From sequence record ON286976.1: a stretch of 24,000 nt of DNA; one strand, 5' to 3'. This stretch comes from Enterococcus phage Sw5. Every line of letters starts with the position of its first letter. Position 1 is the stretch's first letter. The notes beneath the pieces were generated by a model. The model searched no databases and was not told the DNA's origin. It saw only the letters and a program-made list of their open reading frames with translations. Below are positions 16,427 through 24,000 of this stretch, piece after piece. The translations under genes and the position numbers were made by a program.

Positions 16427-17296
16427 ATGGCAGGAGAAGTATTTAGTAGCTTGATTACAAGTGTAAATCCTAACCCAATGAACGCAGGTAGTCGTAATGG
16501 TATCCCTATCGACACCATTATCCTACATCACAATGCAACAACAAATAAAGATGTTGCTATGAACACATGGCTATTAGGTGGTGGCGCAGGTACATCTGCT
16601 CATTATGAATGTACACCAACAGAAATTATTGGATGTGTCGGTGAGCAGTATTCAGCATTCCATGCCGGAGGTACAGGTGGTATAGATGTTCCTAAGATTA
16701 CCAACCCTAACCAACGTTCAATAGGTATTGAAAATGTAAACTCGTCAGGAGCACCTAATTGGTCTGTAGACCCTAGAACAATTACAAATTGTGCTCGTTT
16801 AGTGGCAGATATTTGTACACGTTATGGTATTCCATGTGACCGACAACACGTGTTAGGACATAACGAAGTAACTGCAACAGCATGCCCCGGAGGTATGGAC
16901 GTAGACGAAGTTGTACGTCAAGCTCAACAGTTCATGGCAGGAGGCTCTAACAATGCAGTTAAGCCGGAGCCAAGTAAGCCTACACCAAGCAAACCAAGTA
17001 ATAATAAAAATAAAGAAGGAGTGGCAACTATGTATTGTTTATACGAAAGACCTATTAACTCAAAAACAGGAGTACTAGAGTGGAATGGTGATGCATGGAC
17101 AGTTATGTTTTGTAATGGGGTAAACTGTCGCAGAGTATCTCATCCAGATGAAATGAAAGTAATTGAGGATATTTACAGAAAAAATAACGGAAAAGACATC
17201 CCATTTTACAGTCAAAAAGAATGGAATAAAAATGCACCATGGTATAACAGATTAGAGACAGTATGTCCAGTAGTAGGTATTACTAAAAAATCTTAA
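16427..17296 (+). CDS. Endolysin, N-acetylmuramoyl-L-alanine amidase (Amidase_2 type) with C-terminal cell-wall binding domain
   Basis: IDTIILHHNATTNKD, GTSAHYECTPTEIIGCVGEQYSAFHAG and HNEVTATACPG motifs. Closely resembles the enterococcal phiEF24C-type lysin from memory. Confidence 0.92.
   Translation: MAGEVFSSLITSVNPNPMNAGSRNGIPIDTIILHHNATTNKDVAMNTWLLGGGAGTSAHYECTPTEIIGCVGEQYSAFHAGGTGGIDVPKITNPNQRSIGIENVNSSGAPNWSVDPRTITNCARLVADICTRYGIPCDRQHVLGHNEVTATACPGGMDVDEVVRQAQQFMAGGSNNAVKPEPSKPTPSKPSNNKNKEGVATMYCLYERPINSKTGVLEWNGDAWTVMFCNGVNCRRVSHPDEMKVIEDIYRKNNGKDIPFYSQKEWNKNAPWYNRLETVCPVVGITKKS
17030..17296 (+). CDS. Putative internally initiated endolysin C-terminal (binding domain) product
   Basis: AAGGAG (17016-17021), 8-nt spacer, ATG 17030 in frame: MYCLYERPINSKTGVLEW... 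Confidence 0.55.
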   Translation: MYCLYERPINSKTGVLEWNGDAWTVMFCNGVNCRRVSHPDEMKVIEDIYRKNNGKDIPFYSQKEWNKNAPWYNRLETVCPVVGITKKS

Positions 17297-17306
17297 TACT
17301 AGATTT

Positions 17307-17336
17307 AAGACCATCTTATGGTGGTCTTTTTTCTTT
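17307..17336 (+). terminator. Rho-independent terminator after the endolysin
   Basis: AAGACCA-tcttatgg-TGGTCTTTTTTC. Confidence 0.85.
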
Positions 17337-17403
17337 CTTTGTAATATTCGTAATAATATGTAATGGCTATGTAACCGCTTGTTCTTTTGGCTGTAACAAT
17401 TAC

Positions 17404-17413
17404 ATGTTATATT
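17404..17413 (+). promoter_or_regulatory. Extended -10 promoter motif (TGTTATATTA) upstream of the LysM gene
   Basis: ACATGTTATATTAG lies ~50 nt upstream of the TTG start. Confidence 0.5.
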
Positions 17414-17462
17414 AGTTCTTGTAAGCAACACAAATAAAGAAAATATTGAGGAGAATTTTATT

Positions 17463-18101
17463 TTGAAGAAAACTAGTATTTTAGGTTTAAGTTTATTAAG
17501 TTTAGGTTTAGTAGTAGGTTTAGGAACCGAAGCTAAGGCAGAAGAAGTAACAGAGAATGGGAAGACATATTGGAAGGTAGAGTCAGGAGACACACTATCA
17601 GAAATTGGAGCTAAGTACAACTTAGACTTCACTAACATTCATAAAGTTAACAAAGGTGTTGTAGCTGACCCTAATATCATTTTCGTAGGTGACAAATTGT
17701 TATTACCTTTAGATGAAAATGGCAAGCTAGTGGAACAAGTAAATGCCACTGAGCCAGATATTGAAGTACAGTATAACGCACCAGTAGCACCTGAACAACC
17801 TGTAGTTGTAGAACAAGAAGTTGTAGAGCAACCTGTAGTTGTAGCAGAAGCCCCTGCCCCTGTAGTAGAGGTACCTGCTGATAGTAGCTCAGCAAAAGAG
17901 TGGATTGCACAACGTGAATCTAGTGGTTCTTATGATGCAACAAATGGTCAGTATATTGGTCGTTACCAATTATCTGCCTCTTATTTAAATGGTGACTATT
18001 CACCTGCCAACCAAGAACGAGTAGCTGATGAGTATGTAGCAGGTCGCTATGGCTCATGGGAGAACGCAAAATCTTTCTGGTTAGCAAATGGTTGGTACTA
18101 A
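17463..18101 (+). CDS. Secreted LysM protein with a C-terminal transglycosylase/APF-like domain
   Basis: Signal peptide MKKTSILGLSLLSLGLVVGLGTEAKA, LysM YWKVESGDTLSEIGAKYNLDFTNIHKVNK, and C-terminal EWIAQRESSGSYDATNGQYIGRYQLS...ERVADEYVAGRYGSWENAKSFWLANGWY. Confidence 0.85.
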   Translation: MKKTSILGLSLLSLGLVVGLGTEAKAEEVTENGKTYWKVESGDTLSEIGAKYNLDFTNIHKVNKGVVADPNIIFVGDKLLLPLDENGKLVEQVNATEPDIEVQYNAPVAPEQPVVVEQEVVEQPVVVAEAPAPVVEVPADSSSAKEWIAQRESSGSYDATNGQYIGRYQLSASYLNGDYSPANQERVADEYVAGRYGSWENAKSFWLANGWY

Positions 18102-18118
18102 AATTAAATAGCAATAAT

Positions 18119-18145
18119 GACCCCTTTATTAAGGGGTCTTTTTTT
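18119..18145 (+). terminator. Rho-independent terminator after the LysM gene
   Basis: GACCCCTT-tatt-AAGGGGTC-TTTTTTT. Confidence 0.95.
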
Positions 18146-18199
18146 ATGCTATATTAATATATAGTAAATAGTAATATAAAATGGTTATGATTAGTTATG

Positions 18200-18208
18200 T
18201 GGTATAAT
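18200..18208 (+). promoter_or_regulatory. Extended -10 promoter TGGTATAAT
   Basis: TTATGTGGTATAATAG upstream of the ORF at 18243. Confidence 0.6.
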
Positions 18209-18242
18209 AGACTTATGTTAAAACCATTTAAGGAGGGGAAAC

Positions 18243-18587
18243 ATGGGTTATATTCAAGATGAGACATGGCAGATGGTTAAAAAAGTTGCTAAAAAGAATG
18301 GGTTTGTTGGTGACTGGATTTTAATTATTCACTCATACTATGAGTATGGTGGAAATCACGTCCAGATACATACAACAATAAACGGAGAAAGCTATAGAAT
18401 TTTGAGGTTGTTAGATAGCAGAGAGATACTTTTATTAGATAGAAAAGGTAACCCTGTAATTTATGATTACGAAATAGTTAATGATGGTCAAAAAAGCTTC
18501 TTTTATAATGATATGGAAGAGAAAGAAATCGAAATACCTAATGGAAGATGCTTAAACGATAAGACAAGGATAAAAATTTATGTATAA
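18243..18587 (+). CDS. Hypothetical protein (114 aa)
   Basis: AGGAGG RBS before the ATG; sits between a promoter and the portal gene. Confidence 0.65.
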   Translation: MGYIQDETWQMVKKVAKKNGFVGDWILIIHSYYEYGGNHVQIHTTINGESYRILRLLDSREILLLDRKGNPVIYDYEIVNDGQKSFFYNDMEEKEIEIPNGRCLNDKTRIKIYV

Positions 18588-18601
18588 GGTAGGTGTAACA
18601 G

Positions 18602-20326
18602 TTGCCAAAATGGTTAGATAAAGCACTAGGTATAGAAAAATCGTCCATAGAAGAAACTCGTAATATGGAAAATTATAAGATGCATTTAAGGGAAATAGAC
18701 ACCAATGTGGTCAATAACGAGCCGTACAGCATGGAAAGTATTGAAAAAGGTATGAATGGCAAGACCACTGCATATATGCAACCAATTATTGGAGAGATGT
18801 CAGTAAACCCCGGGTATAAAACTAAACCGTCTATACGTAACTCTCAAGACTTACATAAGACACTTAAAAAGTTTGGTAATAACATAATATTAAATGCTAT
18901 TATTAATACACGGTCAAACCAAGTATCGATGTATTGTAAGCCCGCAAGAAACTCTGAAACAGGTGTTGGTTACGAGATACGTTTAAAAGATATTGAAGCA
19001 GAACCTACTTCACATGACATTGCTAATATTAAGCGTATTGAAAGTTTTTTAGAGAACACAGCACAATTTAGAGACCCTAATAGAGATAACTTTACAACTT
19101 TTTGTAAAAAACTTGTTCGGGCAACATATATGTATGACCAAGTAAACTTTGAAAAGGTATTTGATAAAGATGGTAACTTTATCAAATTTGATACTGTAGA
19201 CCCAACTACAATTTTCTTAGCAACAAATGGTGACGGTAAACTAATTAAAAATGGTGAAAGATTTGTTCAGGTTATCGATAACAGAATTGTTGCCAAATTC
19301 AATGAGAGAGAGCTAGCTTTTGCTGTTAGAAACCCTAGAGCAGACATAGAAGTTGGGCAATATGGTTATCCAGAGCTTGAAATAGCACTAAAACAATTTA
19401 TTGCTCATGAAAATACAGAAGTATTTAATGACAGATTTTTCTCACATGGAGGTACTACAAGAGGTATCTTGCATGTAAAAACTGGGCAACAGCAGAGCCA
19501 ACAAGCGTTAGACATATTTAGAAGAGAATGGAGAAGCTCACTAGCAGGAATAAATGGTTCATGGCAAATACCTGTAGTATCTGCAGAAGATGTAAAATTT
19601 GTTAACATGACACCCTCTGCTAATGATATGCAATTTGAAAAATGGCTTAACTACTTAATTAATGTTATATCTGCTTTGTATGGAATTGACCCCGCAGAGA
19701 TAAACTTCCCTAACAATGGTGGTGCAACAGGCTCTAAAGGAGGCTCCCTAAATGAGGGAAACTCAAAAGAGAAAATGCAAGCTTCTCAGAATAAAGGGCT
19801 ACAACCCCTTTTAAGATTTATAGAGGACACCGTTAACACATATATTGTTGCGGAATTTGGAGAAAAATACCAATTCCAATTTAGAGGGGGAGACCTAAGT
19901 GCTCAACTAGATAAGCTTAAAATAATTGAGCAAGAAGGTAAAGTATTCAGAACAGTTAACGAGATAAGACATGATAAAGGTTTAGAACCGATTAAAGGCG
20001 GAGACGTTATACTAAATGGTGTTCACATACAAGCTATTGGGCAAGCGTTACAAGAAGAACAGCTAGAATACCAAAGAAGCCAAGACCGCTTAAACAGACT
20101 ATTAGAGCTATCTGGTGGAGATGTAGAACAACCAGAACCAGAAGAGCCTAAAGACAGTCAAAATGATACAGATGTTTCATTTCAGGATGAACAACAAGGT
20201 TTAAACGGTAAGTCTAAGAAAGTTAATGGTAAGGTAGACGACAATGTTGGCAAGGACGGTCAGTTAAAATCGGAAGAAAACACCAACTCAACTAAGCATG
20301 GTACTGATGGTATAAAAAAAGAATAA
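18602..20326 (+). CDS. Portal protein
   Basis: 574 aa with ALYGIDPAEINFPNNGGATGSKGGSLNEGNSKEKMQASQNKGLQPLLRFIEDTVN, characteristic of phage portals; position between TerL and protease. Confidence 0.9.
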   Translation: MPKWLDKALGIEKSSIEETRNMENYKMHLREIDTNVVNNEPYSMESIEKGMNGKTTAYMQPIIGEMSVNPGYKTKPSIRNSQDLHKTLKKFGNNIILNAIINTRSNQVSMYCKPARNSETGVGYEIRLKDIEAEPTSHDIANIKRIESFLENTAQFRDPNRDNFTTFCKKLVRATYMYDQVNFEKVFDKDGNFIKFDTVDPTTIFLATNGDGKLIKNGERFVQVIDNRIVAKFNERELAFAVRNPRADIEVGQYGYPELEIALKQFIAHENTEVFNDRFFSHGGTTRGILHVKTGQQQSQQALDIFRREWRSSLAGINGSWQIPVVSAEDVKFVNMTPSANDMQFEKWLNYLINVISALYGIDPAEINFPNNGGATGSKGGSLNEGNSKEKMQASQNKGLQPLLRFIEDTVNTYIVAEFGEKYQFQFRGGDLSAQLDKLKIIEQEGKVFRTVNEIRHDKGLEPIKGGDVILNGVHIQAIGQALQEEQLEYQRSQDRLNRLLELSGGDVEQPEPEEPKDSQNDTDVSFQDEQQGLNGKSKKVNGKVDDNVGKDGQLKSEENTNSTKHGTDGIKKE

Positions 20327-20334
20327 AAGATAAT

Positions 20335-20357
20335 GGAGGGGGCTAGCTCCCCCCTCA
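20335..20357 (+). terminator. GC-rich hairpin, likely terminator after the portal gene
   Basis: GGAGGGGGCTAGCTCCCCCCTC followed by a T-rich tract (AACTTTGTTTG). Confidence 0.65.
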
Positions 20358-20389
20358 ACTTTGTTTGTGTTACTAGATAGTACATGTTC

Positions 20390-20399
20390 TGCTATATTA
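20390..20399 (+). promoter_or_regulatory. Extended -10 promoter motif TGCTATATTA
   Basis: Just upstream of the protease RBS. Confidence 0.6.
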
Positions 20400-20418
20400 A
20401 ATACAGTAAAACGTTTAG

Positions 20419-21225
20419 GTGGTGAAAAGCAAATTGTCAGAAGTTAGAGAAAAATATAGTATTTTCGTACCACTGGATATTGAAAATTCTATACAGAAGT
20501 CTGAATCTGTGAATGATGGTGAATGGTATGTGCAAGGATATGCAACTACCCCAGATTTAGATTTACAAGGAGATATTATTTTACCACAGGGCATTGATAT
20601 TTCTTATTTTATTGAAAATGGTTGGATAAACTATGAGCATAAAAATGATGCTGAGTTTATTATAGGTGCCCCAACTAGCAATTGTTATGTTGATGTGGAC
20701 AAAGGGTTATTCGTAGAAGCTAAGCTATTAAAGGATAACAAGTACGCACAGTCTATGTGGAAGCTAGCTAATACAATCCAGAAATCAGGAATATCTCGTC
20801 AGTTAGGTTTTTCTATTGAGGGTGCAGTAGTTAGTAGAAATGCACAAGATAACAGAATCATAGAAGGTGTTAAAATACATAATGTTGCATTAACGACACA
20901 TCCGGCTAACCCAAGAGCTACATGGGAGACACTAGTTAAATCTTGGACTACAGGATATGGTACAGCACCAGATGCACAAGTAGATGCAGGAGCACTTAGA
21001 AGAGAGATGTTTAAAGAGGACATTTCTAATTTGACGTATGCAGTAAGAACTATTGCAGGGCTATATAGTAAAAAACCTGCAGAGAAAGAGTTTATTTTAC
21101 GTGAAGTAGCTAAGGATATAGAAGTAGACACTTCCGAAAATGAATTATCTAAATTTATGTTACAATTAAGTAGAGGGATTTCCTTGAAAGAAGCAACAAA
21201 CTTTATTGAAAAAAGAAAGGGGTAA
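20419..21225 (+). CDS. Prohead (capsid maturation) protease
   Basis: WYVQGYATTPDLDLQGDIILPQG, INYEHKNDAEFIIGAP, RQLGFSIEGAV, and VHNVALTTHPANPRA-like (HNVALTTHPANP) typical of U35-type phage proteases. Start may be GTG 20419 or TTG 20434. Confidence 0.9.
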   Translation: MVKSKLSEVREKYSIFVPLDIENSIQKSESVNDGEWYVQGYATTPDLDLQGDIILPQGIDISYFIENGWINYEHKNDAEFIIGAPTSNCYVDVDKGLFVEAKLLKDNKYAQSMWKLANTIQKSGISRQLGFSIEGAVVSRNAQDNRIIEGVKIHNVALTTHPANPRATWETLVKSWTTGYGTAPDAQVDAGALRREMFKEDISNLTYAVRTIAGLYSKKPAEKEFILREVAKDIEVDTSENELSKFMLQLSRGISLKEATNFIEKRKG

Positions 21226-21231
21226 GAAATA

Positions 21232-22176
21232 GTGGCTAAAACATTGAACGATATTATAGAAGATTTTGATGCACAGTTAAATGAAAAAGTAAAACCTACT
21301 ACAGATGAGGAAATTACAAAGTCTGTAGAAGAACCTACTGAACCAGAAAAAGTTGAAGAAGGTGCTGAGGTTGAGCCGGAAGAAAAGCCTAATGAATCTG
21401 AGGAGACTGCAGGCAATGACGGAGAAGAATCCGGAGTTACTGAAACAGTTGAAGCAGAACAGGAAGAACCAGAAACTGTTGAAGAAGTAGCAGTTGAGGA
21501 ACCTGTTGAAGAATCAGCAGAAACTGTTGAAAAATCTGATAAAACTAAAGAAAATAAAGATGAAGAAGAGGAGGAAGACGAAGAAGACGAAGACAAAAAG
21601 AAAGAAAAAGACAAAAAAGACAAAGATAAAAAAGACAAAGAAGACAAAGAAGACATCGAGAAGTCTACCGAAGTCGAACAAGTTATCAAATCTTCCGAAA
21701 TCTTAGGAGCTATGGAAGCTATCTTTAAAAATATGTTAGGTCTAAGTGAAAAGTTAGACGAAATTCATAGAGAGTTTAAAGAAGCTAAAGAAGCTAAAGA
21801 AAAAGACGAAGCGGAGTCTGTTGAGAAATCTTTACTTGATAACCCTGAAATTAAAACAGGAAAAGAGGACTCAGAAGGCAAGGCTGTTGGGTTTGTTAAT
21901 AAGTCTGTAGCAGTTGAGGAAGATGTAGCTACCGAAGAGCCAACTGTAGAAGTAATTGTTGATGGTGAACAAGATACAGCAGAACCTGAAAAAGAAGTAC
22001 CATTCCGTGATAGAGTACAGGCTATTAGACCAGACTTTATGGAAACATATAAACGTGTGTCTGTTAGCGGAGTAGCTCAACGTGGTGAATTAGAATCAGT
22101 TAGACACACTTGGGGAACTGCTAGAACAAATGATGACCTAGCTAAAATTGAAGGGTTTATCAATAAATATAAATAA
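21232..22176 (+). CDS. Acidic, Lys/Glu-rich capsid scaffold-like protein
   Basis: Highly charged low-complexity centre (EEEEDEEDEDKKKEKDKKDKDKKDKEDKEDIE) located between protease and capsid genes. Confidence 0.6.
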   Translation: MAKTLNDIIEDFDAQLNEKVKPTTDEEITKSVEEPTEPEKVEEGAEVEPEEKPNESEETAGNDGEESGVTETVEAEQEEPETVEEVAVEEPVEESAETVEKSDKTKENKDEEEEEDEEDEDKKKEKDKKDKDKKDKEDKEDIEKSTEVEQVIKSSEILGAMEAIFKNMLGLSEKLDEIHREFKEAKEAKEKDEAESVEKSLLDNPEIKTGKEDSEGKAVGFVNKSVAVEEDVATEEPTVEVIVDGEQDTAEPEKEVPFRDRVQAIRPDFMETYKRVSVSGVAQRGELESVRHTWGTARTNDDLAKIEGFINKYK

Positions 22177-22209
22177 ATTTACTATATAGTGAACGATTTT
22201 TAATTGTAC

Positions 22210-22219
22210 TGCTATATTA
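22210..22219 (+). promoter_or_regulatory. Extended -10 promoter motif TGCTATATTA for the capsid transcript
   Basis: ACTGCTATATTAATAG, ~100 nt upstream of the capsid start. Confidence 0.65.
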
Positions 22220-22235
22220 ATAGCAGAAACAATAA

Positions 22236-22278
22236 AAGACCTGACATTCCCTCCTGAACCTCCACAGGGTCAGGTCTT
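22236..22278 (+). promoter_or_regulatory. 10-bp hairpin in the predicted 5' leader of the capsid mRNA
   Basis: AAGACCTGAC (22236-22245) pairs with GTCAGGTCTT (22269-22278). Confidence 0.8.
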
Positions 22279-22316
22279 ATATTGAGAGGAATATAAAGAA
22301 AGGTGATTTATACATA

Positions 22317-23717
22317 ATGACAGAGAAAAAGAATACAGAACGACAATTAACTTCCGTACAGGAAGAAGTAATTAAAGGCTTCACTACAGGATATGGTATT
22401 ACACCAGAATCTCAAACTGATGCCGCCGCTTTAAGACGAGAGTTCTTAGACGACCAAATCACAATGCTAACTTGGGCAGACGGAGACTTATCATTTTACC
22501 GTGACATCACTAAACGTCCGGCAACTTCAACTGTAGCTAAATATGACGTATATCTAGCACATGGACGTGTAGGTCATACTCGTTTTACTCGTGAAATCGG
22601 TGTAGCACCAATTTCAGACCCTAACTTACGTCAAAAAACAGTTAACATGAAATATGTTTCTGATACTAAAAATATGAGTATCGCAACAGGTTTAGTTAAC
22701 AACATTGAAGACCCAATGCGTATCTTGACAGACGATGCTATCTCAGTTGTTGCTAAAACAATTGAATGGGCTTCTTTCTACGGTGACTCTGACTTATCAG
22801 AAAACCCAGATGCAGGTTCAGGTTTAGAGTTTGATGGTTTAGCTAAACTAATTGACAAACACAATGTACTAGATGCTAAAGGTGCTAGCTTAACAGAGGC
22901 TTTACTTAACCAAGCATCGGTATTAGTTGGTAAAGGTTATGGTACACCAACAGATGCTTATATGCCTATCGGTGTTCAAGCAGACTTCGTTAACCAACAA
23001 TTAGACCGCCAAGTTCAAGTAATTAGCGACAACGGTCAAAACGCTACAATGGGATTCAACGTTAAAGGTTTTAACTCTGCACGTGGTTTCATTCGTTTAC
23101 ATGGTTCAACTGTAATGGAATTAGAACAAATTTTAGATGAAAATAGTATGCAACTACCTAATGCTCCTCAAAAAGCAACTGTTAAAGCTACTTTAGAAGC
23201 AGGAACAAAAGGTAAATTCCGTGATGAAGATTTAACAATCGACACAGAATACAAAGTTGTAGTAGTATCTGACGATGCAGAATCTGCACCATCTGATGTT
23301 GCATCTGTAGTAATTGACGACAAGAAAAAACAAGTTAAATTAGAAATCACTATTAATAACATGTATCAAGCTCGTCCACAATATGTTGCAATTTACCGTA
23401 AAGGTTTGGAAACAGGATTGTTCTACCAAATCGCTAGAGTACCTGCAAGTAAAGCAGTTGACGGAGTTATCACATTTATCGATGTGAACGATGAAATTCC
23501 TGAAACAGCGGACGTATTCGTTGGGGAATTAACTCCATCAGTAGTTCACTTGTTCGAGTTACTACCAATGATGCGCTTACCATTAGCACAAGTTAATGCT
23601 TCTGTGACATTCGCAGTATTATGGTATGGAGCTTTAGCATTACGTGCACCTAAGAAATGGGCTCGCATTAAGAACGTTAAATATATTGCAACAGGTAACG
23701 TATTTAACGAACGCTAA
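22317..23717 (+). CDS. Major capsid protein
   Basis: 466 aa: TTGYGITPESQTDAAALRREFLDDQITMLTWADGDLSFYRDI...TKNMSIATGLVNNI...VWYGALALRAPKKWARIKNV, matching K/SPO1-like major capsid proteins. Confidence 0.97.
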   Translation: MTEKKNTERQLTSVQEEVIKGFTTGYGITPESQTDAAALRREFLDDQITMLTWADGDLSFYRDITKRPATSTVAKYDVYLAHGRVGHTRFTREIGVAPISDPNLRQKTVNMKYVSDTKNMSIATGLVNNIEDPMRILTDDAISVVAKTIEWASFYGDSDLSENPDAGSGLEFDGLAKLIDKHNVLDAKGASLTEALLNQASVLVGKGYGTPTDAYMPIGVQADFVNQQLDRQVQVISDNGQNATMGFNVKGFNSARGFIRLHGSTVMELEQILDENSMQLPNAPQKATVKATLEAGTKGKFRDEDLTIDTEYKVVVVSDDAESAPSDVASVVIDDKKKQVKLEITINNMYQARPQYVAIYRKGLETGLFYQIARVPASKAVDGVITFIDVNDEIPETADVFVGELTPSVVHLFELLPMMRLPLAQVNASVTFAVLWYGALALRAPKKWARIKNVKYIATGNVFNER

Positions 23718-23752
23718 TCTTTAGAAGACTAAGCAAAATTGAATAAAAATGG

Positions 23753-23787
23753 AATAGGGGACGGTTAATACTGTTCCCTATTTTTAT
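23753..23787 (+). terminator. Rho-independent terminator after the capsid gene
   Basis: AATAGGG...CCCTATTTTTATT. Confidence 0.8.
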
Positions 23788-23815
23788 TATAAAATACATG
23801 TATGGAGGAAATAAT

Positions 23816-24000
23816 ATGTTAAAATCAGAAATCTTAATAAATAAAACAGTAACAACAGCTTTTGGTGAGGTAACATTTGACCATAATGGGGAAACCACAG
23901 ACCTAACAGTAGAACAGCAAGAACATTTAGGGACTAAAGTTCCATATATACAATATATACCAGATGCACCTAAAGCTAAAGAAAAAGAAGCTACTGCAGA
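23816..24000 (+). CDS. Hypothetical structural-module protein, truncated by the window end
   Basis: GGAGG RBS then MLKSEILINKTVTTAFGEVTFDHNGETTDLTVEQQEHLGTKVPYIQYIPDAPKAKEKEAT. Confidence 0.7.
   Translation, partial: MLKSEILINKTVTTAFGEVTFDHNGETTDLTVEQQEHLGTKVPYIQYIPDAPKAKEKEATA

Noticed and set aside
17677-17910. Gln/Leu-rich 77-aa minus ORF
   Set aside because: Antisense of the Pro/Val-rich linker of the LysM protein, low complexity.
20799-21689. 296-aa minus-strand ORF rich in Ser
   Set aside because: Antisense of the Lys/Glu/Asp-rich scaffold gene and protease; composition is an artefact of the repetitive GAA/GAC/AAA codons.

Overview
This window looks like a segment of a large virulent Gram-positive myophage of the Herelleviridae (SPO1/K/A511-like) type. 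The endolysin and capsid proteins are most like those I recall from enterococcal phiEF24C-like phages (Kochikohdavirus). That placement rests on recognising proteins, not on a database search. Left part, minus strand: 5' end of nrdE, a glutaredoxin/NrdH-like gene, small early-type ORFs, an XRE-type regulator, an AAA+ ATPase and a tRNA gene. From about 3.4 to 7.35 kb there is an almost ORF-free region with seven further canonical tRNAs, several atypical tRNA-like elements, long inverted repeats and a tandem pair of ~130-nt AT-rich palindromes. From about 8.5 kb the plus-strand morphogenesis module runs: putative small terminase, large terminase (TerL), endolysin, a secreted LysM protein, portal, prohead protease, an acidic scaffold-like protein and the major capsid protein. 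The strongest observation is that TerL is split into four exons by three related group I introns within about 3.1 kb. Two introns carry zinc-ribbon plus PD-(D/E)XK-like homing endonuclease ORFs and one is ORF-less. Splice sites could be proposed to the nucleotide and restore one 611-aa reading frame. Other leads: an extended -10 promoter family (TGnTATAwT), an in-frame internal start in the endolysin, a sequence block shared by the protease C-terminus and the capsid N-terminus, two ORFs whose best-placed start is AUA, and a hairpin at the predicted 5' end of the capsid mRNA.
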